Source: Octopus vulgaris (lineage: Eukaryota). From it: a stretch of DNA of 64,000 nucleotides. The position numbers were made by a program, and so were the translations under genes. The stretch covers positions 60,512,001 through 60,576,000 of the forward strand of contig OX597826.1 of assembly GCA_951406725.2 (NCBI GenBank). Reading direction: 5' to 3'. This document shows, piece after piece, positions 56,628-64,000 of this stretch (positions are counted from its first letter, which is position 1; every line of letters begins with the position of its first letter). The notes below the pieces were generated by a model. The model saw only the letters and a program-made list of their open reading frames with translations. It did no database searches and was not told the DNA's origin.

Positions 56628-56885
56628 TCATTAGCGCGTCGAACAAAATGCCTCATACTATATGTTCCGGTTCCTTACACACTGAGTTCGAATCGCACCA
56701 CGGTCAGTTTCATCTTTCACCCACCGTAATCGGTAAAGTAAAGTGCCACTGAGGTCCCTTTTGTATGAAACTTAGACAAAATTGATACAACACAGCATCA
56801 GTCAGTTACTTGTTCAACGGTATCGAATAGACTCCTCCCCATAAAAATTGCATTTCTTGTGCCTAAATAAGTAACAAGAATTATT
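56628..56885 (+). mobile_element. Old degenerate SINE B2
   Basis: CTGAGTTCGAATC...TTTCATCTTTCACCC...CTTGTGCCTAAA...AGAATTATT. Confidence 0.5.
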
Positions 56886-57363
56886 AAAAATTCACTCAGA
56901 TTCTTTGCTGACACGTCTTTTATTTTATTCAAAATTTTGACTAATTTCCGAACTTAGGTCATTTAAAATTTATGAAAATATTTTCAGGAAATAACCAATT
57001 TAGCACAGATCAAGTCATCTTGAATGCGCCACATATTTTTATGGCAGCTCCAAAATACCTCTTAATTCTTTTTCAGATTTCCGAAACTGGCTGGGTATAG
57101 ATAACAATATATCTCTCTTCCCTTTTCTGTCTTTCAATGTACAACCACATGCCAACTTTAATGACATCAAGAACAGCACATCCTCCATCGATGCGATCAA
57201 CGTAGGTAGTTACAGAACTATTGATTATAGTCCGTCTTGGGTATTCTAATAATGTCCGAGAAAGTATCAACACGAACCACACAGACAAAACATTACAACA
57301 GCAATGCTACGGAGACCACCATTATCATAAATAACTACCAAAACAATATCTGAATATCTAACG

Positions 57364-57582
57364 CAGTGGTTTTCAACCAGGGTTCCGCGGAACCTTAGGG
57401 TTCCGCCAGTACACTCCGGGGGTTCCGCAAGAAGTTACAAAATTGCTAAAATCGGCAGTAATTTTTAATTCTCCTGTGCAGATATGTGTGCATAAGACTA
57501 TTAAATTATTGCACAGGGGTTCCCCGAGCCAATAGAATGTTTCCTTGGGGTTCCGCTCCAGCAAAAAGATTGAAAAGCACTG
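57364..57582. mobile_element. hAT (Charlie-type) MITE
   Basis: TIRs CAGTGGTTTTCAACC / GATTGAAAAGCACTG; imperfect 8-bp TSD ATCTAACG / ATCTAAAA; repeated subterminal GGGTTCCGC motifs. Confidence 0.85.
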
Positions 57583-58027
57583 ATCTAAAATAACAAAACA
57601 ATTGAACAACGGAAAACAAAAACAGCAGCAACGGACAAACGGAAGAGTAATGCCAACCAAACCAAAAGGTGAATCGACTACAAGGACAACTACACCAAAA
57701 CCCAAAAATAATATCAATTCCGTCACCAGCAATGCATAAATGACAAAACCGTTGGGTTCAGTTAAAAGAAGTAACGACAACAATGATTTTAGGTAGAAAC
57801 ATAGGCACTGTTTAGGCGGATATCTGCCGGTTGAAAGGCCTCAAGAAAGAAGAGGAATGATTGAGAAGGGTAGAAAGTGCATATATGTGTATTAACTGGA
57901 GAAGTAGATAAGATGGCAACTCTTATGGAAAATGCAAGAGGAATAGGCGGCGTACTTTCGTATGGCATGTGAAATAGGGGAAACCAATGTCCGACAGCGG
58001 TTGCACACAGATTCAATAAAGAGGGTG

Positions 58028-58408
58028 GAAGAGGAGGAGAAGGAGAAGGAGGAGAAGAAGAAGAAGAAGGAGGAGGAGAAGGAGGAGGGGAGGAGGAGAA
58101 GGAAGAGAAGGAGGAGGAGGAGGAGGAGGAAGAAGAAGATGAAGAAAAGGAAGAAGATAAGAAGAAAAGAAGAAAAAAAGAAGAAAAGAAGAAGAAAAGT
58201 AGAGGAAGAAGAAGAAAGAAGAAGAAGAAGAAGCAGAAGGAAGAAGGAAGAAGAAGAAGAAGAAGAAGAAGAAGCAGAAGGAAGAAGGAAGAAGGAAGAA
58301 GAAGAAGAAGAAGAAGAAGCCGAAAGAAGAAGGAAGAAGAAGAAGAAGAAGAGGAAAGAAGATAAGAAGATAAGAAGAAGAAAAAGAAGAAGAAAAAAAT
58401 AAAAATAA

Positions 58409-58473
<65 letters not shown>

Positions 58474-58482
58474 TAATAATAA

Positions 58483-58515
<33 letters not shown>

Positions 58516-58648
58516 GAAGAAGAAGAAGAAGAACAAGAACAAGAAGAACAAGAAGAAGAAGAAGAACAAGAACAAGAAGAACAAGAAGAACAAGAACAAG
58601 AACAAGAACAAGAAGAACAAGAAGAACAAGAAGAACAACAACAACAAC
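58028..58648. repeat. (GAG)/(GAA)/(TAA)/(GAACAA) compound array
   Basis: Directly visible in the sequence. Confidence 0.92.
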
Positions 58649-59371
58649 GAGTAGAAATGTAAACCGCAATTTTCGCAGATTTACTCCAAAATTGAGCCTC
58701 GCGTTTATTGAAGACATCATTACTGTATGGGATATATAACTTCTATAAAAAGGATGATGGTGATATCGGCTGCATAGGTATGAGGATGATGATGATGATG
58801 AGGAGGAGGACAAGGATGGTGATGATGATGATGATGAAGAGGAGGAGGAGGAGAGGATGGTGATACTGGTGATGCCTACGACAGAGATAAAGACGACGGT
58901 GACGACGATGCTAATGGTAAAGATGAAGAAAATGCTGTGTCACAGTTGGTAACGATGCCAAAGCTAAGCTAATGGTGTTGGTAATGACGATCATCGTTGA
59001 TTGTGTTGAACACATCTATGACCGTATGGCGAGAGTGATTGTTATGAAGACATATTAACCGAATAAAGCGGACTTCTCAACAATGAGTTTATGACGATAG
59101 GGATGATGAAGATGGTAATGATGAAGACGACGACGACCACGATGACGATGACGATGATGATGATGATGACGATGACGATGGTGGTGAGGATGAAGAGCAA
59201 GCTGCAACGAACACGTGTAATATAAACAATTCCCATGAAATAAACCAGTTGCAGAGTAACCAGTAAATTTAATTTAGATGAATAAGGAATAATAAGGATC
59301 ATATTAAAGATATATCACACTAAGCAGTGTCTCATATAGACTATTTGTACGCGTGTGTGTGTGTAGCAATC

Positions 59372-59557
59372 GCCATAATTGACAGCTAGCCACTAAAGCT
59401 TTTTTTATTCTCTCTCTCTTTTTATTTTCTCATGTTCCTTTCAGTTGAAGAGCGTAGGCTCGAAAGGTAAAATACTTTCTCACCTTCCTTAATACACCTG
59501 TTTGTAGTTTACACACCTGTCTTCGTCTTTTAATATTTATTTTTTGTAAATTTCCAC

Positions 59558-59560
<3 letters not shown>
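59372..59560 (+). mobile_element. Family D (copy 5)
   Basis: CCTTTCAGTTGAAGAGCGTAGGCTCGAAAGGTAAAATAC...CACCTGTCTTCGTCTTT, then (TA)n. Confidence 0.78.
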
Positions 59561-59591
<31 letters not shown>

Positions 59592-60469
59592 CGTATGTAT
59601 GTATATATATATATATTTGCATATATATATGTATGCAGGTATATATTCATATATATGCATTTACATATATAGTAATAATAATAATCCATGAATGGAATTT
59701 ATAAATATTTTAATGCATCGCTACGCGCGTTTCTACAATTTACGAGTTTCTTAAAACCATAGTCCATATTCGTGTGATGATTCCACTACAGTCCGTAGTA
59801 TTCATGGACATCGGTTGGATAATATTAATGCCTTCGTTTCTTTGTGAGCTATGGCATTAATGTTGGAAGCAGTGGATGCATAACTTAGGGTCCTTTATCA
59901 ATTTTGACCTATGAAAATGTTGCTTGAGGTATGTGAGTAGCTATATATGTGTTTGGTGGGGAGATGTAGAAGGGGATGGAAAGAGAGAACAGAATGGTAG
60001 TTATAAAGGAGAGGGAGGTGTGTGTAGTGATGTTAGACTTATTTTGATATTTAAGTATGCGGATATCAGGATGGATAATATAATTCGCAGGTTTGACCTT
60101 AGTCACAGCAGGTGTCCCCTGAATGAATTTCAATATAATAGGGTCAACAGATACATTTATTCCCTTGTTGAAGTCCATTGTCTGAGTCAACAAATGATAT
60201 TCTCTTAAAATTTCTTTTTAATTACTTTTGGTGGTATAATGGTATAGTACATAGTATATGAAAATAATGGTAATTTTTTTACTAAAGAAAATAAGTGTGC
60301 ACGCATGAATATGATCAGATAAATATTTTCGCATGAATATGAATGCACCAGATGTACTACAGACTATACTGTAATCATACCATCAATGCATACTATGATC
60401 TTAAGATATATATTATTTTTAAACACACTCACTAATCCATCCATGAATGAGTACGATTATTGTTATTCA

Positions 60470-60692
60470 GGCGGTGAGCTGGCAGAATCGTTAGCACAAC
60501 GGGTGAAATGCTTAGCGGTATTTCATCTCTCTTTACGTTCTGAGTTCAAATTCCGCCGAAGTCGACTTTGCCTTCCATCTTCTCGAGGTTGATAAATTAA
60601 GTACCAGTTGCATATTGGGGTCGTTTAATCGACTGGCTCCCTCCCACCAAATTTCATATTTTATACTTGTAGTAGAAAAGATTATTATTATT
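60470..60692 (+). mobile_element. SINE B (B2 tail) monomer
   Basis: Full head and central domain; tail AGTAGAAAAGATTATTATT. Confidence 0.85.
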
Positions 60693-60795
60693 AATAATAT
60701 TAATACGCAAATTTGTCGTTTGTTCGTACCTGATGGGTGTGTCTCGCTTAAGAGAAAGAAATTTTGCTGCTTAGATAAAAGTTTTTAACTAGATC

Positions 60796-61058
60796 TTGAA
60801 CTCAGAACGTAAAGACAGACGAAATATCTATTTCTTTACTACCCACAAGGGGCTAAACACAGAGAAGACAAACAAGGACAGACATACGGATTAATTCGAT
60901 TACATCGACCCCAGTGTCTAACTGGTACTTAATTTATGACCCCGAAAAGATGAAAGGCAAAGTCTACCTCGGTGGAATTTGAACTCAGAACATAACGACA
61001 GACGAAATACTGCTAAGCATTTCGCCCGGCGTGCTAACGTTTCTGCCAGCTCGCCGCC
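60796..61058 (-). mobile_element. SINE B1 with the start of a second module
   Basis: Head at 61058; the module restarts after AAAGAAATA and is truncated at box B. Confidence 0.85.
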
Positions 61059-61185
61059 TTAATTGTCACAATATAGAAACATTTCTCATGGCACCAGCGC
61101 ACAAAGTACAGATGCTTACATCTTATATATTTTCCGTGAATTCTTCTCGTCTCCAGCTAGTTATTATTATTATTATTATTATTAT

Positions 61186-61255
<70 letters not shown>

Positions 61256-61419
61256 TCCTAAAGTGTATCGCCACTGCTCCGCTCGGTGCAACCCCCAAAA
61301 AAGCTTTTACTGACAGTTGGTATCAATAGGCTGTACCAGGTATAATAAAATGGGTGCTTTCATATGCATATTCAAAACATCGAACGCAAACGAGCTGAAA
61401 GGATACATACATACATACA

Positions 61420-61453
<34 letters not shown>

Positions 61454-61669
61454 ATACAGTATAGAATACTGACATATGCATACATATATATATGTATATG
61501 TTTAGACATATACATATAAATGTGCATATTTGGATTGGGTTGTCCATGTTCAATCCACTGCAGGATAAAAGCCTCACATGTCCGTTGTTTAGATCATACT
61601 GGTTTGATGAAACTTATCCGCCATTTTGGCTGGACATACATGGGGTAGATAGATGTGTATATGTATATA

Positions 61670-61858
61670 TATTTTTTCTCTCCTTTTTTTCTCCTTCTTT
61701 TCTCTCCGGGTTTCTCTCCTTGTTTTTTTTTACAGTGTATCTTTCTGTAGAAGAGCGTAGGCTCGAAACATAAAAGGCTTTTTCTATTTCTGAGCGCTAT
61801 ACTAATACATCCGTTTGTTTGTACACCACCTACCTTCGTCTTTTGTTTATTTTCGTAG
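61670..61858 (+). mobile_element. Family D (copy 6)
   Basis: CTTTCTGTAGAAGAGCGTAGGCTCGAAACATAAAAG at 61741-61776. Confidence 0.8.
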
Positions 61859-62345
61859 ATGCAGAATCTACGCACGCACACACGCACACATACACACAAA
61901 CATATATATACAATAGCGTACCCATCTCGACAAAAATGCTGACAATTTTATTAATGATACAAAATGGCGCATCATCACAAAAGGAGAAACCATTGATATA
62001 TGTCAATAATCTAGTAGATATATGTACATATATAGAATTGATTCACTTAAAGAACGAGGAACGTTTATATAACGTCTCGGTTGAAAAATCAGCTACATGA
62101 CAAATGTGGCCGACATTTCATATAGATACCACTGGTCAATATGTGTTAGTTCTCTGTGCACATGTCCTTGTCTTGCTTTCCATACATATGTATGTGTGTG
62201 TGTGTGTGTCAGTGTGTGTGTATACGAGTCTGTGTAGTGCGTGTGTGATGTGTGTGTATGTGCGTTTAGTTTTCTCAATACATGCTCCTCTAATGCGCCT
62301 AGATACATCATTAGCCTTGTTTACCGGAGATATTAGATGCTTAAG

Positions 62346-62768
62346 GGTGGCGAACTGGCAGAATCGTTAGCACGCCGGGCGAAATGTGTGGCCGTATTTC
62401 CTCTGCCGTTGCGTTCTGAGTTCAAATTTCGCCGAGGTCGACTTTGCCTTTCATCCTTTCGGGGTCGATAAATTAAGTATCAGTTACGCACTGGGGTCGA
62501 TGTAATCGACTTAATCCGTTTGTCTGTCCTTGTTTGTCCCCTCTGTGTTTAGCCCCTTGTGGGTAGTAAAGAAATAGGTATTTTGTTTAGCATTACGTTG
62601 TGAGTTCAAATTCCGCCGAGGCCGACTTAGCCTTACATCCTGTCAGGGTCGATTAAATAAGTACCAATTACGTACTGGAGTCGATGTAATCGACTTAATC
62701 CATTTATCAGTCCTTGTTTGTCCCCCACCCCAACTATATTTAGCCCCCTGTAGGCAATGAATATATAA
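62346..62768 (+). mobile_element. Dimeric SINE B1 with TSD
   Basis: Two modules; ATTAGATGCTT at 62332-62342 and 62769-62779. Confidence 0.88.
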
Positions 62769-62799
62769 ATTAGATGCTTCAGGTCTTTCAATATAAGAC

Positions 62800-63060
62800 A
62801 CTCATACTCAGGGGACCCAATCAATGTTGACCAACTCTAAGATTGTGTCCAGTTAACAGTACATTTCAGAGCACTGCTCTTTTCAGGTCTCGAAACTTCT
62901 GATCCACAGTAACCTAGAGAAAAAAATCCACTGCCTCCACAGCTAAACTGAACGCTTTTATAAACACTGCCCCATGTGATTTCCAGTTTCTTGTAGACAT
63001 CCCCTATACATCCTCTATACCACATCTACATAGGAATCCATTTTGCTTTCCATCCATCGA
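62800..63060 (-). pseudogene. Possible RTE-clade RT remnant
   Basis: Minus-strand VEAVDFF/SLG resembles the LEVVxxFxYLG motif, preceded by a W..GC.G segment; heavily decayed. Confidence 0.4.
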
Positions 63061-64000
63061 TTACTGTTACCAGCTTAGTATATTTCTTTCTCTTACGCTT
63101 ATTTCCCAAACAATTTCCGTGTAGCAAGTTTCATTCTTAATATAATAATTCATGCATTCGGTTGACAGTAAAAGACCACGTTGACGAAATGCAATGAGAT
63201 CCAAACTGGAACTATGTATTTACTAAGTGATCTTCTTAACCACTCTGCCATGTTTGGTATAAAAACCATACTTTGTGTATATTTATATGCACATATGTGT
63301 TTGTTACTCTTTGTTATATTGTTTCACGTACTACCTATTTCTCATACGTTTATTGACACTCACCAAACATTGCGTGTAGACAAATTTAAAGTGGAAAATA
63401 AAGAAGGAAAATGAAAATTTTAAAACGCCATAATTTTAAAACTTTAATTATTATTGAAAATTGTTTTACGTGAGCGTTGACATGTAGGGATATATATATA
63501 TATATATATATACATACATATATATATATATACATACATATATATATGTATCCCTGCATATGTGTGCGTGTGTGTGTATGTGCGTGTGTGTGTGTGTGTT
63601 TGTGTGAGTGGTTGTGCGTGTGTCTTTACGTTAGTTGGTTGACTTTATCGAAATGAAAATTGCGTGGATGGATGGATGGATGGATGGGGGAGGGAAATGG
63701 TTCAATAAAATTAAATTATATACATTTTTATTATACACATTTAATTATACGTATTTTGATTTTATTATTTTTTAAATGTATTTAACACTCCATCATCCTT
63801 TCCTCACCTCTCGCCATTTCCCCAATTTCTCTTTCACTACAAACACACACACATGTACACACACACACATATACACTCATACACGCACACACACATACGA
63901 ACACACTTATTCTCTATTCCTAGAAGAGGCACTTTAAACTTCAGCACTTCTGTTGTCTGACTTCTTTGGTCTGTTTCTTTCCTTTTTGAAACAACCTCGC

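Noticed and set aside
57790-58020. Possible additional RLE-LINE remnant
   Set aside because: Only faint ACEIGET/SGC similarity; too decayed to call.

Overview
This is AT-rich, microsatellite-saturated eukaryotic intergenic or intronic DNA. The repeat families look like those of Octopus or another coleoid cephalopod; that is pattern recognition, not a database match. No intact host gene can be supported: nearly all supplied ORFs are translations of (TA)n, (CA)n, (TAA)n, (GAT)n or (GAA)n arrays. The complex sequence is a transposon graveyard. It holds three tRNA-headed SINE families (here A, B, C) with swapped heads and tails and internally multimerised copies, R4/Dong-like RLE-LINE remnants at (TAA)n arrays, L1/Tx1, RTE, Gypsy and Penelope fragments, non-autonomous Helitrons, a Helentron-type element and a hAT MITE. 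The most interesting signal is a set of short non-coding, (TA)n-inserted, Penelope-like elements carrying minimal type-I hammerhead-ribozyme motifs with palindromic stem III. One has a canonical core and sits in a fold-back element (15223-15278, minus strand). One is a U3-A8 variant inside a 225-bp loopless palindrome (1492-1716). A six-copy ~190-bp family (D) has an invariant stem II and a non-canonical core. Ribozyme activity is inferred, not shown.
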